In this document: piece by piece, positions 53,497 through 63,834 of the stretch
Numbering within the stretch: position 1 is the stretch's first letter
Layout: every line of letters starts with the position of its first letter
Assembly: GCA_030706465.1 (NCBI GenBank)
Contig: JAUZOM010000001.1
Location: 1,288 to 65,287, forward strand
DNA: 64,000 nucleotides
Reading direction: 5' to 3'
Source of the DNA: Bacteroidota bacterium
GTDB lineage: Bacteria; Bacteroidota; Bacteroidia; Bacteroidales; Paludibacteraceae
Translations under genes and position numbers: made by a program
The notes under the pieces: generated by a model
What the model saw: the letters and a program-made list of their open reading frames with translations, nothing else
Database searches by the model: none
Told to the model about the DNA's origin: nothing

Positions 53497-56400
53497 ATGA
53501 AGATATTTATGAAGAAAATAATATTTCTGGCTTTCATGGCCCTACTTGTAATGGTGCCAATACAAGCACAACAGACTCATAAGGTAACAGGGAAAGTCAC
53601 AGATTTAAAGACCGGAGAAGAGTTGATTGGTGTAAATGTGAAGATTAAAGGGAGTACTAAAGGAACTATTACCGATTTCAATGGTAATTATTCATTGGAC
53701 GGAGTTAATCTAGCATCGGATGTTATCCTGTTTACTTATGTCGGATATGGTGAATTGCAAGAACCGGTTAAAAATCGTTCAGTTGTAAATGTTCAGTTAA
53801 GCGATTCGGAGAAACAATTAAATGAAGTTGTAGTGGTGGGATATGGTTCTCAGAAGAAAGAATCAGTTGTTGGATCTATATCGTCCATTAATAATAAAAC
53901 ACTTGTAAGCTCACCGGCTTCCAATATCTCTCAGTCATTAGCCGGAAAATTAGCCGGTGTTCAGGTTGTCCAATCTTCCGGTGAAATTGGCAGTGATGTG
54001 GCCAATATATATATTCGAGGTATGGCAACCTGGAATGATGCCTCTCCACTGATTGTTGTAGATGGTATTGTGCGGGCAGAATTTGCAAAAATAGATCCGA
54101 ATGAAATAGAATCCATCAATATCCTGAAAGATGCATCCGCAACAGCCGTTTTTGGAGTAAAGGGGGCAAATGGCGTTATTATAATAACAACAAAGAGAGG
54201 TGAGTTGGGAAAACCAAAAATTTCTATAACTTTTCAGGATGCCATTACCCAACCAATCAATATACCTCAACCTCTTGGAGCGTATGATGCAACCAGTCTT
54301 CAATACTTAGCTAACTGGGGCGGCTATAAGACCCAGACGCCACTGACAAAAGGCGGAACGCTGGCATACGATTTATTATTATATCGCACCGGTGCTTCAC
54401 CATGGACGCATCCCGATGTAAATTGGGTCAATACCATTATGAAACCTGCCTCGTCGCAACAACAATACAATGTTAATATCTCCGGGGGAACTAAGACGGT
54501 AAGATATTTTGTATCCGGTGGATTTATTAATCAAAACGGTTTTTACAAAAATGATAACACGACAGACTATTCACGATTTAATTTTCGTAGTAACCTGGAT
54601 GTCGATGTTTCAAAAGATTTAACGGCCTCATTAAATTTAGGTTCACGCGTTGAAGACCTAAATTCGCCAACCAGCACCATCTGGAGTAGTTGGAATATTT
54701 ATCGGGGTGCGTTTGCCACATCAGGTAGAAATTATCCAGTTTATAACCCGGACGGATCCTATGCCGCCGGAAGCAATCTTGTTGCAAATCTGTTAGGAGC
54801 GGGCATTTACAAAGATGTAAAAAGCACACTTGAGTCCAGTTTAAGTTTAAATTATAAACTTGATTTTATAACGAAAGGGCTTTCAGTCAAAGCACAAACA
54901 TCCTTCGATACGCAAGGTGAAAATGGACGCTCGTGGTCAAGATCTACCGCACAATATTTATATGATCAAAGTACAGATACTTATCAGCCATTTGGTACTA
55001 CTCAGGATAGGCCCCTGTCGTATAGTGGAGTTCAAAAGAATTATAGCTGGTACAAGTTCTATATGGAAGCTGGGCTGAATTATAACCGCACATTCGGTAA
55101 AAGTTCTGTTACAGGGTTACTTTTAGCAGACAGAAATGAATTAGTCAATAACGATGAAGTTCCTTATCGTGACCAGGGATTAGTCGGCCGTGTTACATAT
55201 GATTATGACAAACGATACTTTGGAGAATTTAACGTAGGCTATAATGGATCTGAGAATTTTCCAAAACAAAACCGGTATGGACTTTTCCCTGCTTTTTCAG
55301 CCGGCTGGTTGGTCAGCAATGAAGATTTTATTGCTAACACTTCCCTTTCAAGGATTATTACAAATTTAAAAATCAGAGGATCCCTGGGTTGGGTTGGTAA
55401 TGATAAATTAAACATAAACAATGTACCTCAACGGTTTATAAATTTGCAACAGTTCACAAATACAGGTGGATACACGTTTGGTACCGGCGACAATGGCTAT
55501 TCCGGAATTCAACAAGGAATTATTGCCAATCCAAAGGTACAGTGGGAAGTATCGCGAAAAGAAAATATTGGTTTTGATTCTGAATTTTTTAAAGGCTTAT
55601 TTGGAATTACTTTCGATTACTTCTACGAGTACAGAAATAATATATTAACTGATATTTCTGCGGTAATGCCTCAATATGTTGGTGCAAGTTTCGCTGTGGC
55701 TAATATCGGAGAAACTGAGAATCAGGGATTCGAAATTGAGTTAAAACATAATTTAAAAGTGAACAAAGACTTTAGTTATTATGTAAAAGGGAATTTCACC
55801 TACAATGTAAACAAAGTGTTGAAAAAAGCAGATCCGCTGGGTTTATTACCCTATCAAAAGGAAGAAGGATATCCTATCGGAACGCCTAAAATGTGGACCA
55901 ATACCGGCTATTTCAGCAGTTATCAGGAAATTAAAAACAGCCCGACACAATTAGGAGTTAATAATGGAATATCCGGAAATATAGAAATTATACCCGGTGA
56001 TTTAAAGTTCCTCGATTTTAACCATGATGGGGTCATCAATCAAGCAGATGCCTATCGTCAGGGCTATGGTACTGTTCCTCAAATTCAATATGGTGTTACC
56101 TTAGGTGGTACCTGGAAGTCATTCGATTTTTCCATTTTGTTCCAAGGCTCAGCCAATGCGCTATTTATGAAGCAGTGGGAAATCATGTGGGCTTTTTCCA
56201 ACAATGACAATGTGTTCCAAAAACATGATTATTATTGGGCTCCCGAAATTGCAAATAGCGCCCAATTTACTCGTTTTTATGGAAAATCATGGGTCAATAA
56301 TGAACGCTACTACTCGACATACGAAGCCGGGTCGGGTGATTATCTCCGCATTAAAAATGTTGAAATAGGATACAGTTTACCAACTTCATTAATTCACAAA

Positions 56401-56553
56401 ATAAAAATGTCAAGTGTAAGGGTTTATCTGTCATCAATTAATACCTTTATGTGGGCGAAAGAGCCCTACCTTGATCCGGATAACCGGGATATACGCGGCG
56501 GATTAATGCCACCAACCCGGGCTTTCAATGTTGGATTGAATGTTAACTTTTAA
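53497..56553 (+). CDS. SusC/RagA-family TonB-dependent transporter (pair 1)
   Basis: The ORF is open from 53485 (TTG). The first ATG is at 53497 (MKIFMKKIIFLAFMALLVMVPIQAQ). It contains VTGKVTDLKTGEELIGVNVKIKG and VVVVGYGSQKKESVVGSIS, and ends LNVNF. Confidence 0.92.
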   Translation: MKIFMKKIIFLAFMALLVMVPIQAQQTHKVTGKVTDLKTGEELIGVNVKIKGSTKGTITDFNGNYSLDGVNLASDVILFTYVGYGELQEPVKNRSVVNVQLSDSEKQLNEVVVVGYGSQKKESVVGSISSINNKTLVSSPASNISQSLAGKLAGVQVVQSSGEIGSDVANIYIRGMATWNDASPLIVVDGIVRAEFAKIDPNEIESINILKDASATAVFGVKGANGVIIITTKRGELGKPKISITFQDAITQPINIPQPLGAYDATSLQYLANWGGYKTQTPLTKGGTLAYDLLLYRTGASPWTHPDVNWVNTIMKPASSQQQYNVNISGGTKTVRYFVSGGFINQNGFYKNDNTTDYSRFNFRSNLDVDVSKDLTASLNLGSRVEDLNSPTSTIWSSWNIYRGAFATSGRNYPVYNPDGSYAAGSNLVANLLGAGIYKDVKSTLESSLSLNYKLDFITKGLSVKAQTSFDTQGENGRSWSRSTAQYLYDQSTDTYQPFGTTQDRPLSYSGVQKNYSWYKFYMEAGLNYNRTFGKSSVTGLLLADRNELVNNDEVPYRDQGLVGRVTYDYDKRYFGEFNVGYNGSENFPKQNRYGLFPAFSAGWLVSNEDFIANTSLSRIITNLKIRGSLGWVGNDKLNINNVPQRFINLQQFTNTGGYTFGTGDNGYSGIQQGIIANPKVQWEVSRKENIGFDSEFFKGLFGITFDYFYEYRNNILTDISAVMPQYVGASFAVANIGETENQGFEIELKHNLKVNKDFSYYVKGNFTYNVNKVLKKADPLGLLPYQKEEGYPIGTPKMWTNTGYFSSYQEIKNSPTQLGVNNGISGNIEIIPGDLKFLDFNHDGVINQADAYRQGYGTVPQIQYGVTLGGTWKSFDFSILFQGSANALFMKQWEIMWAFSNNDNVFQKHDYYWAPEIANSAQFTRFYGKSWVNNERYYSTYEAGSGDYLRIKNVEIGYSLPTSLIHKIKMSSVRVYLSSINTFMWAKEPYLDPDNRDIRGGLMPPTRAFNVGLNVNF

Positions 56554-58287
56554 ATGAAACATGTTATGAAGAAAATTAAATATATTTTCCTATTCCTGGT
56601 GTTGGGATTAACGGCCTGTGATAAATTCCTGGATGTTGCACCGGATGTAAACCTCAATGAAGATAAAGTATTCACCAATTTTGTCAATGCCCAGGCATTC
56701 CAGGCCGACATTTACAGTGGATTGACACAGCGATTTAACGCAATAGGATCTTATTTGCCGGTTCCTATGTCATCGGCTTCCGATGAATCAGAATCCAATG
56801 CCGGATATTTTGGAACCAAACCATTCAATATGGGTAATTATGATGATGTTGATGCGAATATCAGTTTTTATTATACAGCTATACGAAAAGCCAATTTGTT
56901 TTTGAAAAATGCAAACAGAATACCGTTCCCAGATGGCTTAACAAAACAAAAGATGTTAGGTGAGGTCTATTTCTTACGCGCATTTTATTTTAATGAAATG
57001 TTGAAACGTTTTGGAGGGATGCCTATTTTAACTGAGAAAAACGGTTTATTTGCCCCTGGAGATAACTTGATGCTTCCCAGGAACACCTACCGTGAATGTT
57101 TCGCTTTCATAATGGATGATTTAAGTAATGCCATAAATTCTTTGCCGGTTACATTGAATACAAATGAATATGGACGGGCTACTAAAGGAGCGGCAATGGC
57201 TTTGAAAGCACGCGTTTTGTTATATGCAGCCAGTCCGCTTTTTAGTAAGGCAACCGGTATCTGGGGAATAGGTGGAACAACCGACGATTGGTATGATAAA
57301 GATGGAAAAACATGGTGGCTGAAAGCCGCAGAAGCAGCTCAAGCAGTCATTGATCTGAAAGATGCAGATGGAAATCCTGTTTATGCGCTTTACCAGACCG
57401 GTGCGGCCAATAAAGCAGATGATTATCAAAATTTATTTTTTAAACGTAGAGAGCAAGGCAATAACGAAATAATATTCTATAAACACGAAGCTCCGGTTGG
57501 ATTTGGGGATGCACAAATAAGTGTTTGGGCACCAAGTGGTACAACTTTCGGAGGTTCAGGTGCAGTACAGCCAACCAACAATTTTGTTAAACTTTTCGAA
57601 ATGTCGAATGGGAAATACATTGATGAGCCCGGTTCAGGATACGATCCGACAAACCCTTACATAAACCGTGATCCCCGGTTTTATAAAACTATTATTTATC
57701 AGGGAAGCACTTGGCAGGGGACAACAGTTGATATGTCAACAACTACAGCTCAATTTGATCCAGGAGCATTCTTAACCGGTTATTTTGTACGGAAGTATCT
57801 GCCGGAAGAAATAAAAAAGAACACTACAACAACATCTTATCATAACTGGATATTTTTCCGTTTAGCCGAAATGTATTTGAATTATGCCGAGGCAATGAAT
57901 GAAGTGGAAGGACCCACACAACGCGTTCGTGATGCTGTTAATGCAGTTAGAAGTCGTTCCGGAGTTATCGACATTCCTGTTAGCCTTACTCCAGACAAAT
58001 CGTCCATGCGAAAACGCCTCCAACGTGAACGGGCTATTGAACTAAGCTTTGAAGAACACCGCTGGTGGGATGCCCGCCGATGGAGTACGGGTGAAGATGG
58101 TGAATTAGCCGCGAAATGGTTTGGTGGCCCGATGTACCGTGTTACCATTACGAAATCCGGAAGTAGTGTTACTTATAACGAAGATACTTACTTTACACGT
58201 ATTTATCAACCTCATAACAATTTGTACGAAATTCCGATAGCAGAAATGTACAAAAATCCATTATTCGTACAAAACCCTGGTTATTAA
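56554..58287 (+). CDS. SusD/RagB-family lipoprotein (pair 1)
   Basis: 577-aa ORF. It contains LTACDKFLDVAPD, RAFYFNEMLKRFGGMPI and ERAIELSFEEHRWWDARRW. The start codon directly abuts the SusC stop codon. Confidence 0.9.
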   Translation: MKHVMKKIKYIFLFLVLGLTACDKFLDVAPDVNLNEDKVFTNFVNAQAFQADIYSGLTQRFNAIGSYLPVPMSSASDESESNAGYFGTKPFNMGNYDDVDANISFYYTAIRKANLFLKNANRIPFPDGLTKQKMLGEVYFLRAFYFNEMLKRFGGMPILTEKNGLFAPGDNLMLPRNTYRECFAFIMDDLSNAINSLPVTLNTNEYGRATKGAAMALKARVLLYAASPLFSKATGIWGIGGTTDDWYDKDGKTWWLKAAEAAQAVIDLKDADGNPVYALYQTGAANKADDYQNLFFKRREQGNNEIIFYKHEAPVGFGDAQISVWAPSGTTFGGSGAVQPTNNFVKLFEMSNGKYIDEPGSGYDPTNPYINRDPRFYKTIIYQGSTWQGTTVDMSTTTAQFDPGAFLTGYFVRKYLPEEIKKNTTTTSYHNWIFFRLAEMYLNYAEAMNEVEGPTQRVRDAVNAVRSRSGVIDIPVSLTPDKSSMRKRLQRERAIELSFEEHRWWDARRWSTGEDGELAAKWFGGPMYRVTITKSGSSVTYNEDTYFTRIYQPHNNLYEIPIAEMYKNPLFVQNPGY

Positions 58288-58319
58288 ATGTATTAAGTCA
58301 CATCGAAAATAAATCTATT

Positions 58320-61300
58320 ATGATGACAACAAAGAAAAAACCGGAAATAATACTCTTATCGTTATTTTTCCTGTTCTCAATTTTTACTTATGCTCAAGAT
58401 AATACTATCATCAAGGGTAGAATTACCGATAAATCAGGTAACCCAATTGGTAACGTTGTAGTATCCGTCTTGGATGAATTTACACAGGTATCTTCGGAGC
58501 AAACGGGCGATTTTTCTATTTCTTCTTTGCCTGGAAAAGTTCTGTTATTTAGCAAAATAGGATATAAATCTTTACGCTATGAAATTAAAAATCGGACCGA
58601 CGTTAAGATTCAGCTTGAAAAACAGATCCCAGAACAAGAATATCAGGTTGCTTACGGAGTTCGGACAAAATCAACACTCACCTCTGCTATTTCTACAATT
58701 TCTGCAGAGGATTTATCAAAGGCACCCGTTTCAACCTTGGGAAATGCTATTCAAGGACTCGGATCGGGACTCACCGTCTTACGTACAGTTGGTGCTGAAC
58801 CGGGTTGGGATCAACCTAGTATTTATATCCGTGGCATTCAATCGTTTGGTAGTGGTGTGGCACCACTGGTATTAGTGGACAATGTGGAACGTGATTTTTC
58901 CCAGTTAGATCCACAGGAAATTGAGTCGTTCACTGTTCTAAAAGATGCTGCAGCAACAGCCATGTATGGTATGCGTGGAGCAAATGGTGTCATTTTAGTT
59001 ACAACTAAGAAAGGTTTTGTGGGAAAATCGGTGATTTCATTAACGGCTCAATACGGAATGCAATCACCTACACGTTTACCACAATATCTCGGTTCCCAGG
59101 ACTACGTGAAATATCGTAATTTAGCTTTGAGGAATGATTACAACAAGTTATCTGACTCCGAATTTAGTTCATTGTTCCTGAATAACCCGCAAAATAATCC
59201 GGCCAATTACAATGGAAGTAATCCTTATTTATATCCCAATACAAATTGGTACGACTCATTTTTAAACAGCACGGCACCTCAGCAGTCCTACAATTTATCA
59301 TTTCGGGGAGGTACAGAAATTGCTCAATACTTTGTGATGTTAGGAATAGTAGATCAAAAAGGATTGTATAATTTCACGGATGTGAACCCCGGATATTCGA
59401 CACAAAATGATTTCTCGCGCTATAATTTCAGATCAGCGGTAGATGTAAATTTATCTAAGGATTTGAAAATTGGTGTAAATCTGGGTGGACGGGTCGAGAA
59501 CCGCCACACCCCAACTTCAGGAGCAGGTTCTATTATATCTGCACTCTCCAAATTGCCGCCAACTATGCCAATTTTCAATGAAGATAATTCAATTGCTGGT
59601 TCGTCTGTATATAAATATAATCCATATGGAATGATTGCAAAATCGGGCTTTCAGGATAGGTTCGCACGGTATGTACAAGGAACTGTTACAGCGGATTTAA
59701 AGTTAGATGATATACTTAAAGGACTTTCTGCCAATGCCTTGTTTGGGTTTGATGCTTCAAAACTATATGGCAGATCCAAAAGTCAAAATTACGCTGTGTT
59801 TCAACAAAATGTGGATAATACTTATACACAGTTTGGACAAAATTCAAGCATTGATTTGAAGTATTCGGGTTGGGATAGCAGTTTTGGCTTGATGATGAAT
59901 TATATGGGCGGATTATCATACGATCGGATTTTAGGCGAAAATCACTTTGCTGCCGATCTAAAATATATGCAATCAAGTATGTCGACAGATGGCGACAATC
60001 CTGATTATCGTAATCAAGGTGCATTTGGAAGGGCAACTTATACTTTTGATAACAGGTACACCGGTGAATTTGGTTTTGCTTATAATGGTTCTGAAGATTT
60101 TGCAAAAGGAAAGCGGTTTGGTTTCTTCCCTACTATTTCGGGCGCCTGGGTCATTTCGAATGAGGATTTCCTAAAAAGCAACGAAACGTTAAACTTTCTG
60201 AAATTGAGAGGATCGTATGGGAAAGTAGGCAATTCGAACATTGGAGTTGGATACCGTTTTCCATTTGAAGAAAAGTTTTACGGTGGCAGCGGCTATTCTT
60301 TTAATAAAGCATCGACCGATGGATCTTATGAAGGTCGGATTGCCAATCCGGCTATCACCTGGGAAGAATCCCTGAATGGTAATATCGGATTAGAAATAGG
60401 GCTATTGAAAAAATTGGACGTAGATATTGACTTTTTTAACAACAATCGCACTCAAATTATTACTGATCCTTCGAACGTTCTTCCAAGTTTTATTGGCCAG
60501 GATTTACCTTACGTAAATGATGGTTCGGTACGCAGCCAGGGTTTTGAGATTACCTTGAAACACAATAACAGGATTGGCGATTTCTCTTATACAATTCAGG
60601 GAAATGTGTCATTTGCTAAAAATAAAATTACAGCAAAACAGGAAGTTGCCGGATTGAACTCGTGGGAATATAGGACCGGACAAGCCGTAATGCAACAATG
60701 GGGTTTGCAGGTAGCTCCCGGTAGTTTTTTTAAAGACCAGGCGGATATTGATGGTTGGGCAAAGTCCTCTTATGGAACCGTACATCCGGGTGATGTGAAA
60801 TATGTTGATCAAAACCATGATGGTATTATTGATAGTCAGGATTATGTGCCGTTAGGCAAGCCATCGGTTCCTGAATGGAATTTCGGGCTCACATTAGGTT
60901 GCGGCTACAAAGGATTCGATTTCAATGTGTTATTTACAGGTATTGCTAACCGTAGCTTGTTTATGAATAACAATGTTTTTTGGGGAATGCAGGATAACAA
61001 TAATATAACAGCCGAAGTTGCCGAAAATTCCTGGGGAGTTAGCTCAAATCCAACCTATCCACGACTGACCACTCTATTAAATCCTAACAATTACCAACCT
61101 TCGTCACTTTGGTTGAAGAACGTAGATTTCTTGAGAATTCAAACCTTGGAAGTAGGATATAGTTTACCGAAAAAAATGCTTAGTAAGGCTAATATCAGTG
61201 AAGTAAGGTTTTTTGTAAATGCATACAATCTTTTTTCCTTTGATAGTTTGGGAAAATATAATCTGAGTGCTGAAATACCCAATGCAGGCGTAACACTTTA

Positions 61301-61346
61301 TCCTGAGACCAGAGTAATCAATATTGGTACAAGCCTGAAATTTTAA
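58320..61346 (+). CDS. SusC/RagA-family TonB-dependent transporter (pair 2)
   Basis: 1008-aa ORF. It contains IKGRITDKSGNPIGNVVVSV, AYGVRTKSTLTSAISTIS and PLVLVDNVE, and ends TSLKF. Confidence 0.9.
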   Translation: MMTTKKKPEIILLSLFFLFSIFTYAQDNTIIKGRITDKSGNPIGNVVVSVLDEFTQVSSEQTGDFSISSLPGKVLLFSKIGYKSLRYEIKNRTDVKIQLEKQIPEQEYQVAYGVRTKSTLTSAISTISAEDLSKAPVSTLGNAIQGLGSGLTVLRTVGAEPGWDQPSIYIRGIQSFGSGVAPLVLVDNVERDFSQLDPQEIESFTVLKDAAATAMYGMRGANGVILVTTKKGFVGKSVISLTAQYGMQSPTRLPQYLGSQDYVKYRNLALRNDYNKLSDSEFSSLFLNNPQNNPANYNGSNPYLYPNTNWYDSFLNSTAPQQSYNLSFRGGTEIAQYFVMLGIVDQKGLYNFTDVNPGYSTQNDFSRYNFRSAVDVNLSKDLKIGVNLGGRVENRHTPTSGAGSIISALSKLPPTMPIFNEDNSIAGSSVYKYNPYGMIAKSGFQDRFARYVQGTVTADLKLDDILKGLSANALFGFDASKLYGRSKSQNYAVFQQNVDNTYTQFGQNSSIDLKYSGWDSSFGLMMNYMGGLSYDRILGENHFAADLKYMQSSMSTDGDNPDYRNQGAFGRATYTFDNRYTGEFGFAYNGSEDFAKGKRFGFFPTISGAWVISNEDFLKSNETLNFLKLRGSYGKVGNSNIGVGYRFPFEEKFYGGSGYSFNKASTDGSYEGRIANPAITWEESLNGNIGLEIGLLKKLDVDIDFFNNNRTQIITDPSNVLPSFIGQDLPYVNDGSVRSQGFEITLKHNNRIGDFSYTIQGNVSFAKNKITAKQEVAGLNSWEYRTGQAVMQQWGLQVAPGSFFKDQADIDGWAKSSYGTVHPGDVKYVDQNHDGIIDSQDYVPLGKPSVPEWNFGLTLGCGYKGFDFNVLFTGIANRSLFMNNNVFWGMQDNNNITAEVAENSWGVSSNPTYPRLTTLLNPNNYQPSSLWLKNVDFLRIQTLEVGYSLPKKMLSKANISEVRFFVNAYNLFSFDSLGKYNLSAEIPNAGVTLYPETRVINIGTSLKF

Positions 61347-61351
61347 ATAGA

Positions 61352-63094
61352 ATGAAAAATATGAAAAAACGTATTCTTATATTAATGACTATCGGAGCTG
61401 CTTTTATGACACAATCGTGCTCCGATTATCTTACCAAAGATGCCAATGTTGACACCACATTGAACTATCAGGAAATATTCTCAGATGTTCATTACGCCCC
61501 CGGATTTTTAAACAACATATATAATAATATTCCGGATGGATATACACGGTTTAATGGTGCCATGTTAGCTGCTGCCTGCGATGAAGCTGTATGTTCTAAT
61601 GCGGGTTCTTCAATTCAATTGTTCAATAACAATGCAATTAATTCCAGTACGAATCCCGATGATCAATGGGGTAATATGTATCGGGGGATCCGCAAATGCA
61701 ATATCTTCTTAAAAGAATTAGCATCTGACGGTATTATTACAAAAACAAATAGCATTCCTGTCGTTGAAAGTATTAGTACTCCTACGGGTCCTAAATCTGT
61801 AAATACTCGTAATTATTATAAAGGACAAGCACTGTTTTTAAGAGCCTATTTCCATTTTGAATTACTTAAGCGTTATGGAAATATATTTTATGTAAGTAAA
61901 GTTTTGGATCCGTTTAATGAGACTGAATTGTTTGCAGGAAAGCAACTTCCTTACAGCCAAGTCGTCGATTCTATCGCAAACGACTGTGATTCTGCAGCCA
62001 GCTATATGCCGGCAACCTATCCGGATGTAAGTTACAGCGGTCGTCCAATAAGTTGGACCGCCTTAGCTCTAAAATCAAGGTTGTTCCTATATGCTGCCAG
62101 TCCGCTTAATAACCCGACCAATGATTTAGCAAAATGGAAACGAGCTGTTGATGCATCAAAAGTAATAATTGACTCAAAAAAATACAGCTTGAATTCATTG
62201 AGCTCAATTTTTACATCGCTTTATAATAATGAGATTATATTTGCAAATCAAGCGATTAACCGCAATGATATAGAAGCCTATAATTATCCGGTTAGTTACC
62301 AGGGATCTGGTCTTATGAATCCAACCGAAGATTTGGTTGAAGCTTTTGGTATGGGAGCTACCACCTTTAAAAACCGGTATGCAAATTATAATTCCAGTGA
62401 TCCGTACAGTTTAAATAGTACGAAAAAAAGAGAAGACAGGTTTCGCTATACGGTTTTCTACAATACCAGTAGATTGATTAATTTAAGCAATCCAAAGGAT
62501 ACGATTGTGGCTACTTATGTCGGTGGTAAAGATGGTTTGTTTTCAACTCCAACTGCTACCAAAACAGGTTACTATATGAGTAAATTCATAGACCAATCAC
62601 TCAATTTAAGTAAAGGGAATACCAGTTACCGGGCTTGGGTTAACATGCGGTATGCTGAAATCTTACTGAATTATGCTGAAGCATTGAACGAATATGACAA
62701 TACCGGGGCAAATTTTACAACAATCGTTAGTACTCTTAATTTAATTAGAAACAGAGCAAACTTAAAACCGTTGGATGCTGCAGATAAGACATTGCTGCAA
62801 GACCAATCTCAAATGCGCGCCTATATCAAACTGGAACGCAGGCTTGAATTAGCTTTTGAAGAACATCGCTTTTGGGATTTACGCCGTTGGAAAGATGCTG
62901 AAACTGTATTGAATCAAACTGTAAAAGGAATGCGTATAACAAGAGATGATTCCGGAAATTACGTTTATACTGTTTTTGATGCGGATACACGTGTGTTCGA
63001 ACCCAAAATGTACTGGTATCCGATCCCTCGCACCGAGATATTGAAATATCGAAGTGCCGGAAAAACTATTGTTCAAAATCCGGGTTGGGAATAG
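61352..63094 (+). CDS. SusD/RagB-family lipoprotein (pair 2)
   Basis: 580-aa ORF. It contains QSCSDYLTKDAN, RAYFHFELLKRYGNIFY and ERRLELAFEEHRFWDLRRW. Confidence 0.9.
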   Translation: MKNMKKRILILMTIGAAFMTQSCSDYLTKDANVDTTLNYQEIFSDVHYAPGFLNNIYNNIPDGYTRFNGAMLAAACDEAVCSNAGSSIQLFNNNAINSSTNPDDQWGNMYRGIRKCNIFLKELASDGIITKTNSIPVVESISTPTGPKSVNTRNYYKGQALFLRAYFHFELLKRYGNIFYVSKVLDPFNETELFAGKQLPYSQVVDSIANDCDSAASYMPATYPDVSYSGRPISWTALALKSRLFLYAASPLNNPTNDLAKWKRAVDASKVIIDSKKYSLNSLSSIFTSLYNNEIIFANQAINRNDIEAYNYPVSYQGSGLMNPTEDLVEAFGMGATTFKNRYANYNSSDPYSLNSTKKREDRFRYTVFYNTSRLINLSNPKDTIVATYVGGKDGLFSTPTATKTGYYMSKFIDQSLNLSKGNTSYRAWVNMRYAEILLNYAEALNEYDNTGANFTTIVSTLNLIRNRANLKPLDAADKTLLQDQSQMRAYIKLERRLELAFEEHRFWDLRRWKDAETVLNQTVKGMRITRDDSGNYVYTVFDADTRVFEPKMYWYPIPRTEILKYRSAGKTIVQNPGWE

Positions 63095-63158
63095 AATTCA
63101 ATTAATAATTCATAATTTTCAATTCATAATTGATTGAAAAAAGTAATACAGAAAAAAT

Positions 63159-63722
63159 ATGAAACGAATAATAAGTATCGCCACTATTGTCATTGCACTT
63201 GGACTGGTATCGTGCCAAACGGCTGAAGATATTAGTAATGGATTAGATCATCAGGTTCCCGACTGTAAAGCTCTCACGCTAACGGCCAACGGGCAAACAA
63301 AGGTAATAAGTGATAGCATTTCCTCTCTTCTTCTCTGGGGAGTTGTGCCACAAACAAACATGGAAAAGATAACGCTCCCGACTGTGACAGCCACCAAGGG
63401 AGATACTATCACCATTAGTGTTGTGCTCAGTGATAATGTTGCCCTTAAAACGGCTGATTTGGCTTATGCGGACTGGTTGTTTGATAAGTATATAAACTTC
63501 ACAAATCCGGAAGGCAATATTCCCAAAACACCCAAGAGTTACACATTCATAGCTAAAGTTGCTGTACCAGACAATGCTGTTACAACACCGTGGCTTGAGG
63601 ACTACTATTTTAACGATGGATCTTCAATGAAAATAACACAGGCGTACCATAAATTAACGTTGACAGTCGTTGATATAAATATGAATCAGCGAATAATTCC
63701 CATCTTCGTGAAGGTAGAATAA
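63159..63722 (+). CDS. Small Ig-like surface lipoprotein of unknown function, downstream of SusD
   Basis: 187-aa ORF with lipobox LGLVSCQTAED. The stretch GDTITISVVLSDNVALKTADLAY is reminiscent of small PUL-associated beta-sandwich lipoproteins. The family assignment is not secure. Confidence 0.5.
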   Translation: MKRIISIATIVIALGLVSCQTAEDISNGLDHQVPDCKALTLTANGQTKVISDSISSLLLWGVVPQTNMEKITLPTVTATKGDTITISVVLSDNVALKTADLAYADWLFDKYINFTNPEGNIPKTPKSYTFIAKVAVPDNAVTTPWLEDYYFNDGSSMKITQAYHKLTLTVVDINMNQRIIPIFVKVE

Positions 63723-63744
63723 CAACCATTGAGGGTTATTATTT

Positions 63745-63834
63745 AAGGACGTTCGATATAAGGATTAAAAATGAGTCAGGGTAATTTAGTTGAAACCAAC
63801 CTGACTCATTTTTGATCCTATATCGAACGTCCTT
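63745..63834. repeat. Long near-perfect hairpin (about 35-bp arms)
   Basis: aaggacgttcgatataaggattaaaaatgagtcagg (63745-63780) pairs with cctgactcatttttgatcctatatcgaacgtcctt (63800-63834). The loop is 19 nt. Confidence 0.7.
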
